Positions 41,621 to 55,053 of a stretch of 64,000 nt of DNA are shown here, one piece after another (positions within the stretch are counted from its first letter, which is position 1; the number at the start of each line of letters is the position of its first letter). Source of the stretch: Octopus vulgaris. Taxonomy: Eukaryota. The stretch spans positions 119,164,001 through 119,228,000 of the forward strand of contig OX597815.1 in NCBI GenBank assembly GCA_951406725.2. The letters run 5' to 3'. Made by a program: the position numbers and the translations under genes. The notes beneath the pieces were generated by a model that had not been told where the DNA came from, did not search any database, and saw nothing but the letters and a program-made list of their open reading frames with translations.

Positions 41621-42507
41621 TAGATATATTATCCCTCCAATATTGATGTTAATTCTATTGAGGCAGATATTCCCTTGCCACCACCACCACCACCACTACC
41701 TTTACCCCTTACAATACTTTGACTGTTGTTATTTAATACCAGATGAGCCCTGATTTAGAAGATTTATTTTCAAAAGCACTCCAGTCATGACCAACCTGTA
41801 TTTTATTCAAACAGTTTATCTCAAACTATATTATCTAATATGTCCTTTCTCATTTTAAGATAGTGAGGTGTGATTTAAAAGAAACATGACTGCTATTCCA
41901 AGCAGTTTGAGTGTCCCTGTAGAGGGTTCTTCATTTGCTTGTCTACAATACTTTTGTTATTGCTTGACATAAGCGTTACTGTTAAAGTCACTACCATATG
42001 GAACTGTAACACAGTACCAATATAGTATTTCTGTTTAATGTCTACCTTGGTGCTGCTGCATTTCTTTGTCTCAGTATTATTTCAATACCATTTTGCAGTT
42101 CTGTGTTGCATTTATTTTCAGAATATACTTTAGCTATATTGAGCAAACAAAGAAACTACTGTGGAGTCCTTTGACTTACTAAGAGTGACTCTGTACATAT
42201 TATGTATGTCGCCTCATTTAACACTATACCTGGTACCTTACATACCCTTAGCAGAGTCCACTCTATTGCAAGTATTGGGGTCAGTTCTCCATTTTTAGGG
42301 CACATTCCTTCTATCAGTCTCGGAGGCCCTGTAAAGGGTTGTGATAACTGCTCACCCTCCTGATTTAGTGTAATACATTCAATCTTCCATCAAATCATCC
42401 CTTATTGTCTTGCAAAAGGATCCAGGGTATAATGTGATCTTTGAGGTCTTTGCACATTGGAAAAAAAATAGGATGGTCACTGCTGGAATGCTTTTGGTTA
42501 TAGGTCT
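40822..42507. repeat. Long inverted duplication (arms 40822-41415 and 41715-42507)
   Basis: Arms align as reverse complements, e.g. GGTAGACATTAAACAGAAATTCTATATTGGTACTGTGCTACAGTTCCATATGGTAGTGACTTTAA versus rc of ~41982-42046; the right arm has an extra ~220 bp. Confidence 0.9.
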
Positions 42508-43464
42508 GTTAGATTAAGGCTGACCTGGAGCTAAACAGCAACGACAACATTAGCTGTAGGAATAATATGATGATTATTAAATACTAATATAACAGAGATG
42601 AATTAATTGTCAAAGGGCTAGTCCGGGTGTTATGCATCAGGGTTCAATTTCTGCTTCAGTCAGCTGTTATTATCATTTTTCCAGTTAATAAACTACATAC
42701 CAGTATTGAACTAAAGTCAATTCAAATGATTATATACTCAACCCTAACAAAATTGACCCTGCGTTTAGTCAAAAGAAATTCTAATAATAATTTTTGTATT
42801 GATATCCATGTAAAAATGACCACTACTGTGAATATTGCAAATGGGGCTGCTCATTACCACATCTACTGTTCATATCTATAGCCCATTACCTACACACTTT
42901 TATTTTCATTAAACTAATGTATGTTTATAGAATCTCGTCTTGTGCTTATGACATCACCTCTATTGTTTCAAAATTTACCTTGCATTATTTATCATCATCG
43001 GCATATGTCCACTTTTCCATGCTTGCGTGGGTCAAATAGAATTCATTGGGGAAGATTTTCTATGGCCAGATACCCTTCTTGTCACCAACCCTCACCTGTT
43101 TCCAAACAAGATAATTTTTCCTCATGGCTGGACATGTTTTCACAGAAGATTGGTAACAAAGGACACCTCGGGTAATGCTGGCATTTGCTTACATCTACTA
43201 CATCATATCATGACAAGGAGACACACTTTCACACACATTATATATCTGTGTGTTTATATATGTATGTATTTATACAATGGGCTTCTTTTAGTTTCCATCT
43301 ACCAAGTCCACTTGCTAGGCTTTTGTCTACTTAGAGCTCTAGTAGGTGCCACACAATAGGACTGATCCTAAAACCATGTAGTTGGGAAGTAAACTTAACT
43401 ACATAGCTATGCATGTGTCTATTATTCTGTTATCTCAATATCTACACTTTTTTTTACTTGACCC

Positions 43465-43652
43465 TGTGAAGTTGCCCAGCCTACAAGAAATAGCAGCCAA
43501 ATTTCCTTCCATCTCCAGACAGGAAGGACAAATTGGATAAGGTTGTTCCTGGAGACATTTATGTGAGAGTTTAAGATGGAAAGCATGTGGCTGGAATGTC
43601 TTTGATTGTAGGTCTGCTCATTCAGAGCTGACCTGGGACTAAACAGCAATAA
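43465..43652 (+). mobile_element. SINE-like family C with (AAC)n tail
   Basis: GAAATAGCAGCCAAAT...GGCTGGAATG.CTTTGAT..TAGGTCTGCTC....AGCTGACCTGGG.CTAAACA.CAA; copies near 6040, 24230, 29780, 41210, 41720, 42400, 46200, 47700, 50736, 51590, 53210, 54490, 55340, 56100. Confidence 0.75.
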
Positions 43653-43669
43653 GAATCCTACTACCTTAA

Positions 43670-43888
43670 CCCTTTTGTTATCATTTTACTATTAAAATGC
43701 ACTGTCTTTGTTCCAGTTAATTTTGAAAGTAACTAAAAATTCAGTAAAATAACTTTGTCATTATTAATTTGGTGTTAGGAACATAAATTAACATCAAATT
43801 TTGACAGGTTTTAATTTAAATCATTTTAAAACAAGAAGTTTATATCATAAAACCAAGGGTGGTCTCAGGCAGATTGGTATCAAAAGGG
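43670..43888. mobile_element. piggyBac-like MITE (second family)
   Basis: TTAA TSD (43666-43669, 43889-43892); TIR CCCTTTTGTTATCA versus rc CCCTTTTGATACCA. Confidence 0.85.
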
Positions 43889-44389
43889 TTAATATCTGCC
43901 CACCTCTACCTGTCCACTTACCTGATCCCTATTTACCTCACTATTTACATAAATGCCTACTCTTACTCTCTACTGATTCTCAGTTATCTATATCTCGCTT
44001 TTAATATGACAATTTCCCCCTAACAGTAATAACTGTTACTAGCTCATTACCATTCTGTTGTACCAATAACACACTTATTACCTCAGTATTTACCCACCAC
44101 ACTGTTGATAGCTAGAGCATTAGTTAATACTTACACTTTATTAGATATTATCTAAAAATTTACTATGTTTGATGCCATAAAAGCTGCTCAGGTATGTCAG
44201 ACGCTCCCCAGTTTCAGAACTACATATTCAGGAAAGAAATATTTACTGTATTAAAACTTATGGTAGGACCCACTTTGCAAATAAGACCTGAGGTGATCTG
44301 TAAGAGACATTTTGCGGGGTAAGAGGCGTGTCTTAGATACCATCAAATACAGTACCCGCCATTTTGCACTTTAGTCTATTGATGCCCAT

Positions 44390-44680
44390 TGTTATTAATG
44401 TTATTTTGATTTGGCTCAAGTTTGGTTGTATGTGGGCAGCTGGTTACTATCTGTAACCTTATGTATTCCCAAGTTTTCAGTAGTCTTTCTAGTGCTTAGA
44501 ACCCTCCTAATAATCCTTACTGTCTCTAAGAGATAAACTTTCTACCGGGTATTCTATCCCAATCTCCTTCAGTCATTTGTCTATATCTTTGCTTACTGTT
44601 CCCAATGCACCAATCATTATAGGCATGACCTTTACTGTTCTCATGCACCAAATTCTTCCTATTTCAAATTTTAAAGGATT
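44390..44680 (-). mobile_element. R4/Dong-clade LINE 3' fragment
   Basis: Minus: LKFEIGRIWCMRTVKVMPIMIGALGTVSKDIDK*LKEIGI...LETVRIIRRVL; a related 3' UTR piece lies at 51460-51572. Confidence 0.8.
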
Positions 44681-46070
44681 GTGAAGTAAGTAAAAGGATT
44701 CTTATTGCTCAGCAAGTTGGCAGAATCGTTATCATGATGGGCAAAATGCGTAGCGACATTTCGTCCATCTGCACATTCTGAGTTCAAATTCCGCCAAGGT
44801 TGACTTTGCTTTTCATCTTTTTGGGGTTAATAAATTAAGTACCAGTGAAAAATAGGGGTCGATGTAATCGACTGGTCCCTTCTCCGGGAATTTCAGGCCT
44901 TGTGTCTTTAGCAGAAAGGATTATTATCATTATTGTTATTATCATAATGATTTATGCACCTCTATACTATTACTACAAGTTTTACTATGACTGAATATAT
45001 CACCATAATAGTCACTGCAGCTACCAAGACACTCCTACACATTTACCAATACAATCGTTAATAATATTACTATGATCGTCTATGTATTACCACTACAGTT
45101 GCAGTGCCTGTACAAACAACGCTCTAGACATAATTATGATTGTGACCAAAACACCACCACTGTAGTTATTTCTGTGACTGCAATCACATCACTTCTATAG
45201 TCACTACCTCTACCACAGTACTATCATCATGAGACATGGCTATCACTACTATAGATATTACTATGATTATCATTACTGTAGTTCTATTTTTACCATAATA
45301 TTATAACCATCGTAAACATTACTGTAATTGTGACCACATCACCACTATAATCACTGTATTTCTATTATAATGCTGTTATTATTATAGACGATACCATGAC
45401 TGACCATGTCATCCTTACAGATGACTACATTTATCACAATACTATCACGACTGTAGACATTGCTATGATATGGTTCCAAGTTCAATCTCACTACATGTTA
45501 CATTGGGCAAATGTTTTCTCTCCATAACCTTGGTTCAACATAATCCCTATAAGTGAATTGGGCTGATGAAAACTGTGTGAAAGCTTGCCAGGTGTTCTTT
45601 GGTGGAGGACTCGATCTATTGTCTTGTTGAATAATCTGTTGCCTTGGTGGGTGTCTTTATCAGAGTCTTTTCTATTTCAAGTATTTGGACCAGTATTCAG
45701 GAATTTAGAACAAGTATTTGTCTGAAGATAATCCATAAGTTGTGTCTTCCTTCACCCCTACCAGCTTTGAAAAGCCCCCACAAAAGGTTATGAACACTGC
45801 CCTTCTTTCAGTGATTAAGTCATAATGATTTTAATAAATTTAATTATAGTTGTTATCTCTTCCTCCATATTTCCATATTAGCACCATAGACCACATTACT
45901 ATGGCTAAGAATATTTCACCACTGCAGATCCTGTTTTATTACTACTACATTTTCTGTATTTTCAATAAACATTTAGTGTTCCTCTAATTATAAACTTCAA
46001 TTATATAACCACTAAATATCTTCCTCTTCTCTCTTGGCCACATAAGTTTCTCCATCTTTAGCCTATTATG

Positions 46071-46110
<40 letters not shown>

Positions 46111-46540
46111 TGATTGCTTTTCCATATCTTTTAACTATCTTCTACTTCAACGTCCTTAACAACACTACTGCTTCGCTTCAGATGAGTCAGTCTCTGTGCA
46201 GCGGCTTGACCTGAGAAAAATAGCAGTAAAATTTCCCTCAGATGACACCAAATATCTTAAAACAAAGAAGGACATATTTGATAATGTAATCTAAGATATC
46301 CCTAAAAAGACCACATGGGGACTGTCTTTGACTATTGATCTGCTCAGTCAGGATGGTCCAGGGGCTAAAGAACAGTAATCCATGTTTTCTCTTTAAGTAC
46401 ATGTTCACAAACACACATTCTGTCTCCTCTAACTTTTACTTAATTACATCTCTGGCAGAAATACCCTTTCTTCTGCCCTACCTTGTCTCTCCTAAGTCTC
46501 CTGCTGTTATAGCTGTGAGCCAGTGAGGAAACCTCTGCAT

Positions 46541-47201
46541 CTGCGGTTCTCACCCAGGGTTATATGGCCCCTGAGGTCCATGCAAGATTTTGTTGCTAAA
46601 ATTAATCTGCAATAAATTGGTTATACTTCTACAATACACAAAATATTTTAACAATTTTTTATATATAATTCCAAATATTATTTAAGAAATTACATAAAAA
46701 TAAAAATAAAAATAAAAACTCCTAATATTATTTAGCAAAGGTACATGGCTTAGTGGTTAGAGCATCGGGCTCACAATCATGAGGTAGTGAGTTCGATTCC
46801 CAGACCGATCTGTGTGTTGTGTTTTTGAGCAAGACACTTTATTTCACATTGCTCCATTTCACTCAGCTGTAGAAATGAGTTGCAATGTCACTGGTGCCAA
46901 GCTGTATCAGCCTTTGCATTTCTCTTGGATAACATTGGTGGTGAGGAGAGGGAAGGCTGGTATGCATGGGCAACTGCTGGCCTTCCACAAAAACAACTTT
47001 GCTCCCAGACTTGTTCCTTGGAGGGGAACTTGTAGGTGCAATCCCATGGTCATTCATGACCAAAGGGAGTCTTTACCTTAATGTTATTTCATTGTAAAAA
47101 TATAATAGAATTTCTTTAAACATTGAATGGCTCTGAAGGTCCATCAGAAAAAATAGAAATCAAAGGGCTCCATAGGTAAAAAAAATGGTTGAGAACCACT
47201 G
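46541..47201. mobile_element. hAT-like MITE interrupted by a tRNA-headed SINE (46740-47078, +)
   Basis: Termini CTGCGGTTCTCACC / GGTTGAGAACCACTG; degenerate 8-bp TSD CTCTGCAT/ATCGGCAT; nested SINE head ATGGCTTAGTGGTTAGAGC...GAGTTCGATTCC. Confidence 0.75.
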
Positions 47202-47265
47202 ATCGGCATGTTGTTTAACCTTCTAAGAATCCAAATCTTTACAGTCATCAAAAAAAAAATGGATA

Positions 47266-47645
47266 AGGCATAGCTCTGTGGTAAGAAGCTTGCTTCCCAA
47301 CCACATTGTTCCAAGTTCAGTCCCACTGTGTGGCACCTTAGGCTAGTGACTTCTACTATTGGGCCGATTAAAGCCTTGTGAATGGATTTTGTAGACGGAA
47401 ACTGAAAGAAGCCCATTATATATGTATATGTTTGTGTGTCTGTGTTTGTTCCTCCACTACCACCACTATCACTTGACAACCACTGTTGCTGTGTTTATAC
47501 CCTATAACTTAGCAGTTTGGCAAAAGAGACCGATAAAATAAGTACTAGGCTTACAATGAATAAGTCTTGGGGTTGATTTGTTTGACTAAAAGGTGGTGCT
47601 CCAGCATGGCCACAGTCAAGTGACTGAAACAAGTAAAAGAGTAAA
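47266..47645 (+). mobile_element. Full-length tRNA-headed CORE-like SINE (family B)
   Basis: TGTGGTAAGAAGCTTGCTTCCCAACCAC...GTTCAGTCCCACTGTGTGGCACCTT...GGAAACTGAAAGAAGCCC...GTGCTCCAGCATGGCCACAGTC..TGACTGAAACAAGTAAAAGA; copies at 2368, 12330(-), 14900, 17470, 18205, 19743, 22601, 30385(-), 49710-50100(-), 60432, 63306. Confidence 0.85.
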
Positions 47646-48147
47646 TCAAATTCTATTATCTGGAACTGGGTTTACTGTATATAGAAAAAAAAAGAGATGA
47701 ATTGATCATTGAAGGAAAGCCTTTAGTCATAGGTCTGCTCAATCAGTGGTGACCAGTGGTTAAACAACAAGAAGGCTGGGACATTTCCCTAAAAATACTA
47801 ACATCATCAGATATCTTAATGTAACATCCCCACTACCCACAACAGCTACTAAGTAAAATTAAAAAAAAGAATGGCCTGGTCAACAGAACAACTAGCACGT
47901 GGCTGAGCACTCCACAGACAAACATACTCTTAACATAGTTCTGAGGGAGATTCAGCATGATACAGAATGTGACAAGGCTAGTCCTTTTGAATTACAGGTA
48001 CAGCTTATTTTTACCAGCTGCATGAACTGGAGCAATGTGAAATCAAGTGTCTTGCTCAAGAATGTACCTCCAGTAATTGAACTCACAACCTTACAGTCAT
48101 GAGCCAAATACCCTTAACCACCAAGCCATGCACCTTCACATGTAATA

Positions 48148-49388
48148 TCAGGTCATTAAGAATGAAATGTCTGATTTTGAACTGAAAGTTTATTTTATCT
48201 CAACAGAAGCAATGCAGTTAATCAAAGCATGCACCTAATTACTAACACAACTTTACCATTTTATCAGTGGCTTATTTATGCCAGCAGCAAAGAATTCTGG
48301 AGAGCATGAGGTGATGAAATCACGAAAGGCTGTTTTTGCATCTTATTCAGATTTGAAGTTTTTTCCTTGCAAAAAGTTGTCTAATACCTGGAAAACGTGA
48401 TTGTCAGTTGATGCAAGGTCTGGTGAATATGGTGGATGACAGAGTACTTCCAAGTTCAGTTCCTGTAACTTGAGTAGCATTCTTTGTGCAACATGTGGAG
48501 AGCATTGTCTTGCAAGAGAATTGGCCTGTCTCTATTGACCAATCTCGGTTGTTTAATTGCAAGTTCACTCATAATTTCATCCAATAGGTTGATGTATACA
48601 TCCGCTGAAATTGACTTACCAGGTCTCATGAAGCTGTAGTGGATGACACCAGTGCTGGACCATCAAACAGACACCATTAGCTTTTTTTGGTGAATATTCT
48701 TTTTGGATTGCGTTTTGGCATTTTGTCTCTATCCAACTACCATGGAGAATGCTTGCTATTGTTGAAAAGAATCTATTTTTTATCATACGTAACAATACAA
48801 TGCAAAAATGGTCCACTTTTATGCCGTGACAGCAAAGAACAGCAAGTTTCAAGATGAAGTGTTATTTGATGCTCATTCAATTTGTGTGATACCCACTCGT
48901 CCAGCTTCTTTACCATGCCAATTTGTTTCAGATGGTCCAATACAGTTGGAATCAAAACATCAAACCTTGCTGCTAACCCACACATAGTTTGAGATGCATT
49001 TGCTTCCATTACAGTTTCCAGCTCATCATTATCCACCTTGGTCTCAGGTTTACCACCAGAATTTCTCAAACCATTGACATACAGTGCACCCATTCACCAC
49101 ATCTTCACCAAACACCTCATTGATGTTTCGAGCTGTCTAGGATGCATTGGTTCCATGATGGAACTCATATCCATACACAATACGAACTTTTTATCAATTC
49201 ATGGGTTCACAAAAATTGATTTACGAGAGAAAACTCACAATATAATCAGGCACCATAAATTGCATTTTGAAAAGTGATGTGACTCTTCAATGTTGTAAAA
49301 CAAAGAACTGTCAGGATAAAACATTAGAGTTAACGACTGCCAAACTTGGTGCATAAGAAAATCGGACATTTCATTCTTAATGACCTGA
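48148..49388 (-). mobile_element. Mariner transposon (Hsmar1/cecropia-like), full length, inactivated
   Basis: TA TSD; ~30-bp TIR TCAGGTCATTAAGAATGAAATGTC(T/C)GATTT; minus frame KLDEWVSHKL, CIVTYDKK*IL, LLQDNA, HPPYSPDLASTDNHVF with stops and frameshifts. Confidence 0.95.
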
Positions 49389-50244
49389 TACACCCATTTT
49401 TGATGGCATATGAGACCCCCACCTTTTTTTTTTTTTGAAAGAAAAAAATGTCTCAAAAATTTCCCCTGATCCTATATGTGAAAGTGGGCCTATTTTACAT
49501 GCTTTAATGCACTAAAAACCTGTTTCCTGAATATGTGTCCCTGAAATCAAGGTGCATCAAATATGCCCTTTGTATCTCTTATGCCATCAAATACAGACAG
49601 TAATATACCCTTCACTACTCAACTTTGAATGGTTACTCCATACACCTCCTACCAGTTCTTCCTTCACAGAACTTCGGTTCTCTGTAATTTTCTGCATTGC
49701 TCATGTTTTACTTTTTCACTTGTCTCAGTCATTTGACTGTGGCCATGCTGGATCACTGCCTTTTAGTCAAAGAAATCAACCCCCCATGTCTTATTCTTTG
49801 TAAGCCTGGTACTTATTCTATTGGGCACTTCTGCTGAACCGCTAAGTTACAGGGACATAAACACACCAACATCGGTTGTCAAGTGATTGTGGGGAGGGGA
49901 AGGGACAAAAACAGACATGTAAAAATAAACATGCATATATATTTGGGCTTCTTTTCAGTTTCCATCTGCCAAATCCACTCACATTCTTTAGTCAGACTGA
50001 GGTTATAGAAGACACTCGCCCAAGGTGCCATGCAGTGGGACTGAACCCAGAACCATGTGGTTGAAAAGCAAGCTTCTTACCACACAGCCATGACTGCGCT
50101 TGTGTTTTTTTTTTATTCTGCAGGTGCTGATGTACTAAATTTTAAGAAGAACATGAATAGCATTAATGATTGTGATCTAGGAGAGCCTCCAAAGGCCATG
50201 AACATTCCCCTTTCTCCAGACCTGGCAAATGATAAAAAAACTCA

Positions 50245-50352
<108 letters not shown>

Positions 50353-50514
50353 TTTTTGTCCATTTTAAATGCTCTCATAGTTATTCATTTGTATCATCTC
50401 CAAATATAAACTCCACTTTATTTCTTGTATTGCTGATACCTACCCCTGTGTCCAGCTTGTTGTCTTGAGCTCCCTCACCACTCAGTCATTTTTAGTCCTT
50501 GACCAATACATACA

Positions 50515-50665
50515 GGCAAACTTCTAAGTCTAGTGAGGATAATGTTATGTAAAGGTTCTCACTTTTATTTAATTTTAGTGATGATAAAATAGTGTTGAAT
50601 CTCGCAAGATATGAATGTAAGTCATCAAACATCAAACTAAATATCATTAACCACCTGGGCCAGTT
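50515..50665 (-). mobile_element. Possible Penelope-like RT remnant
   Basis: Minus VNDIF/..LHSYLARFNTILSSLKL...TLSSLDLEV resembles YVDDIF...FL..LN.I..SIKFT...LPFLDV; highly decayed. Confidence 0.35.
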
Positions 50666-50759
50666 CATGCTCTCATTAGAAGCCATTGTTGTTATGAGCC
50701 AATGATAGAGATTCCATGTGGTTGTTTCACTTGTTAGAAATAGCAGCCAAATCAATCAC

Positions 50760-51135
50760 TCTCTTCTATTCCATATCTCTCTCTATTCCATATCTCTCTC
50801 TAATCCCCTGTCTCTCTCTATCCCTGTCTCTCTCTCCCCTTCTCTCTCTCTATTCCCCTCTCTCTTTCCCCATCTCTCTCCCCCATCTCTCTCTATCCTC
50901 ATCTCTCTATCCCCACCTCTCTCTCCCCACCTCTCTCTCTTTTCCCCTTCTCTCTCTATCCCCATCTCTCTCTATCCCCTGTCTCTCTCTATCCCTTGTC
51001 TCTCTCCTCCTCTCTCTCTATCCCCCATTTCTCTCTCTCCCTATCTCTCTCTCTCCCACATCTCTCTTTCCTCTGTCTCTCTCCTCCCATCTCACTCCTC
51101 CTGTCTCTCTTTCCCCCCCTCTCTTTCTCCCTCTC
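50760..51135. repeat. Polypyrimidine complex minisatellite (CTCTCTCTATCCCC-like)
   Basis: Directly visible; splits a family C SINE. Confidence 0.9.
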
Positions 51136-52399
51136 AAAATTACACTTATTTGTCTTAAATAACATAAAATATATTATTCCTTATTTGTCTCTGGTGTAGA
51201 AAAAGACAGTATGGTCATGGTTGGAATGTTTTTGATCAAAGGTCTGATGTACCTGAGCAAACATGTAGCTAAACAACAGCAACTATTATAATTATTATTT
51301 TTGTCTGTCTTTATGTTCTGGGTTCAAATTCCACTGAGGTCGACTTTGCCTTTCATCCTCTCAGAGTTGATGAAATAAGCACTAGGATTGATATAATCAG
51401 CTATCTCCCTCCCCCAAATTTCAGGCCCTGTGCCTATAGTAGAAAGGATTATTATTATTATTATTTTGGTTTGGCTCAGGTTCAGTCTTATTCCTGGTAG
51501 GATTTTGTGAAAAGCAAGTTACCACCTGTAACTTTAGGTATCCACAAGTTTTCAGCAGTCTTTCAAGTGCAAAAAGTCTTCTTCATGGTCTCATAGCCTG
51601 CTAGCAATAACAGCCAAAGATTACCTAAAAATACATTGTAGTACTTTGATAAAGGAAAACCACTTTGAATATTATAGTCCCAGGTTATAATATATTTGTA
51701 AAAAAAGATGATGATGGTTGGACCATTTTTTACTATAGATCTACTTGATCACAGCTAACTAGAGTTAAACAACAGCAACTAATTACTGTGGTGTGTATAT
51801 TCCTTCCTCCTGTACTGGATACCAGTCTCTCACAGGGTTACTCATTTTGCTAGCTGAGTGGACTGGAGCTATGGGAAATTAAGTATTTTGCTCAACAGCA
51901 TAACACATTGCCCAGTCCATGAACTGAAATCACAGTTTTATGATGCTAACCACTTAATATCATATCTAGACATAGAAGTGTGCATGTATGTGTTGGTCAA
52001 GGAATAAAAATGATGGGGAAAGCTCGACAGCAGGCTTGTGCATACCAGTAGGCATCAATAGTACAAGGAATAAAGTGAGGTTCATATTTGGATACAATAT
52101 TAATGAATGACTGAGATGGAATGTGGCCTTATGAGTTTACATGACTTTAGATGGAGCTTTCAAACTAATTACTATGGCTTAGAACCTCATTTTTCTGAAT
52201 CCCAATGTCCCACCCTACCCCCATCAGTTGCCATTAAAATGGAAACCAGTAATACATCAGTACTCACTGAATCAACATTTCCTTTTCTCTTAAAAATTGG
52301 ATTGCAGCTACGAAAGATATCATTATATTTTAAAGTCTTTTCTTTATATTGTTATCTCTCTGACTAATTAAGATATTCTTGTCAGCAGACTAGATGCAG

Positions 52400-52810
52400 A
52401 AATGTGATACTGTATGGGAGGGAAGAATGGGCAGTGGATGGAGAACAACCAATGTAAATGGAGAAGAATTAGATGAATATGATATTTTGGAGGTGTGATG
52501 TTAACTTAGTAGAAAGACTGTGAGAAGCTAAAACCATGATTACCAAGATGTATGTTGGTGATAAAGTTACAATAGCATGGATATATATATCCAATGAAAT
52601 GAGTATACTTAATAAAGAGATATAATAAGTTGGTTTTAAGCATTCTTGTAAAAGAGGTAGGGCAAGAAGACTTGGCAGATGTTAAGGGGTTAGTTTATAA
52701 ACACTGGATCTTGTAGGTGAAATGATACTGAATCAAGATACATAGGAGGAGGTGACTACCAAACTGCAGACCTTTCTAACCCGTGCCAGAATGAAAAATT
52801 ATGATGATAG
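52400..52810 (+). mobile_element. RTE-clade LINE 3' remnant
   Basis: VILYGREEWAV (LYGSETW), EMNMIFWRCDV (EMRMLRWMCGV), KRGRA/KTW; 3' end CTAACCCGTGCCAGAATGAAAA..(ATG)n. Confidence 0.7.
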
Positions 52811-54748
52811 ACTGTTAGCATTATTGTTTTTGTTGTTATACTTTGATGCTGTTATTTCATATTAGTCTAAAAAGGTCTCTACAAAATGTGCAGCATCCAC
52901 TTATGTGCTGGAAGTGTGGGATGGGGTAATAGGACCAACTGGGCATTAAAGGTATCAGCTGATGCATGCAGGTATGATGATTATGCTGGCACCTACATGC
53001 AATATGATTGGTCAGTATCTGCTAGGGTTTAAAAAGTGTCTTACCTGACAGTGAAGTATACCAATGTTAGAAGAAGATTTGAGATATAGAGAGATCAAGT
53101 GTCAGGATGTTAGCCCTTTGAGATAAGCTATTATAGAATCATGCAGGGACACTTTTATACTAAACTGTAGTCCATAATGAAATGAAAAAAAAATGTCACT
53201 GATAGATATGATGTTGTTTAGCCCCATATCAACTCTGAATGATTAAAAGCACTCCAGCCATGACTGTCTCACCTTTTTTTTGTTCCTATACTTTTACCCC
53301 TCTACCCAGCTTTTTCCCTTCATCTAGTATAATAATGTTGCACCCTCAGGGTGTGTTGCCTTGCAAACTGCATTATGACTTCACTAGTACTGGTGTCATG
53401 AAAAAAAAGCATCCAGCACACAAACTGTAGAGTGGTTGGCATTAGAAAGGGCATTCAGCCGTAAAAGCCAAAGTAGACTCCACAGCATGATGCAGTTCTT
53501 GAGACCATCAGATCCTGTCAAATCATCCAACCCAATCCTGTTTGGAACATGGCTGTTATATGATGATGATGATGATGACAATGTACCCATGACTTCACCA
53601 CCCAATGTGTCCTTTTTTTTAAAGACAGTAGCTCGTAATTTGAGGGAGATTTAGCTACTATTTCTAGCAAGTCAAACTACTACAAAGAAGCTCTCTTGGT
53701 ATGTAATGTTGATACTGTAGTGAGGCTTGGACAGCTAAGAACATCTACCAAATATGTATATATATATATATATATACATACTACACTTCCAGCTGCTCTG
53801 TACTTTGTGTCATGCAGTGGAATATGACAGTCGGAATGTACACTTTTCGTGATCTTACTTGTTGGGTTCCAACATTGGGTGAGGCACCACCTTCATGGGT
53901 TTTAGCTAATCCTATTGACCCAATACTTGCTTCGGTCTGCTACTTATTTTATTGATTTGTATTTATTGAATGGAAAAGTTACCTTTTGACCTAAAGAGAT
54001 GCACCTCACCACATTGTCTTACAATATTATACACTGAAACACACACAGACACAGACACAAAATTTTATACATACATACATATATACATGAGCATGTGTGT
54101 GTGTGTATTCTATCTGCAAAATTCCATTCACAAAACATTGGTCAATGTTGTATTTATTTTGCTTGAGTGTTTGTTTTTGTATAAAAGATTTCTAATAGTC
54201 ACTATAGTAATGATAGACAAGATGGACTTGGTAAATGCAAATTGCTTTTGATTCCTAAGGGTTCATAACAGTCCAACACAAAGCTTAGAACTACTGTGGC
54301 TATTGATACTGTTGCTTTTGATATTTGAGTTTTGTGTTTGTTTCAGAGCAAATGGAGAGATAGCACTTTTAATTTGGTGTTGTAGTATTATTATTCTTGG
54401 CATTCTGTTAACATATCTTGGTAACTGTATTTGTATGGTGTATAATTGATGTTGTTGTTACAGGTGCAAGTAACGTGGGGGCGGAGGTAGAAGTTGTTTA
54501 GCTCCAGGTCAGTGCTGATCATGCAGACCCATGATCAAAATGCCCCATCCATAATCACCCCATCTTTTTCTTTCTTTTTTTTTAACACCTAATGTTTCCA
54601 TAATTACATTATCCAGTGTATCCTTCCTTTTTTAATAACTATAAAGTGTGGTTTTAGAGGAATTTGGCTGCTAATTCTAACAGTATTCTCCCATTTACTT
54701 GTGTAGAGTATGCAAGAAGGCTAGAGTGCCGAGTTAAATGCCTTAGAG

Positions 54749-55053
54749 TAGCAATTCCCAAATTTATTTTCTTTAGAACCCTTCTACCATTTTAAAAAGA
54801 AAATCACAGACCCTAAGTCTATATTTTACTGACAATTCCTACTGCCTTAATTAAATTTTTAAAAAACTGTTTTAGAGACAATTCTACTTCTAAAAAAAAA
54901 TAATGTAATAGTTTGTTATTTTGAAAATGGTGAATACCATTTTTTCTATAAAATAAGTTTTTATTAAATTTTATTAAAAGACATCTTATCTCATGGATCT
55001 CTGGAATATTTTTGTGGAACCCTGCAGTTATGTAGAACCTTTGCAATATCCTC
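54749..55053. mobile_element. hAT/Charlie-like MITE nested in a family D SINE
   Basis: 8-bp TSD CCTTAGAG (54741-54748) / CTTTAGAG (55054-55061); the SINE sequence resumes after it; TIRs degenerate. Confidence 0.6.

Noticed and set aside
41328-41753. Mucin-like ORF with STETCYPTTTIA repeats
   Set aside because: Starts inside a SINE, and the frame is not maintained across the rest of the same minisatellite
46740-46812. tRNA gene
   Set aside because: tRNA-like head continues into a SINE body, the cloverleaf is incomplete, and similar heads recur as repeats
48148-49388. Functional or domesticated (SETMAR-like) transposase
   Set aside because: Multiple stops and frameshifts, TIRs and TA TSD present, no SET domain
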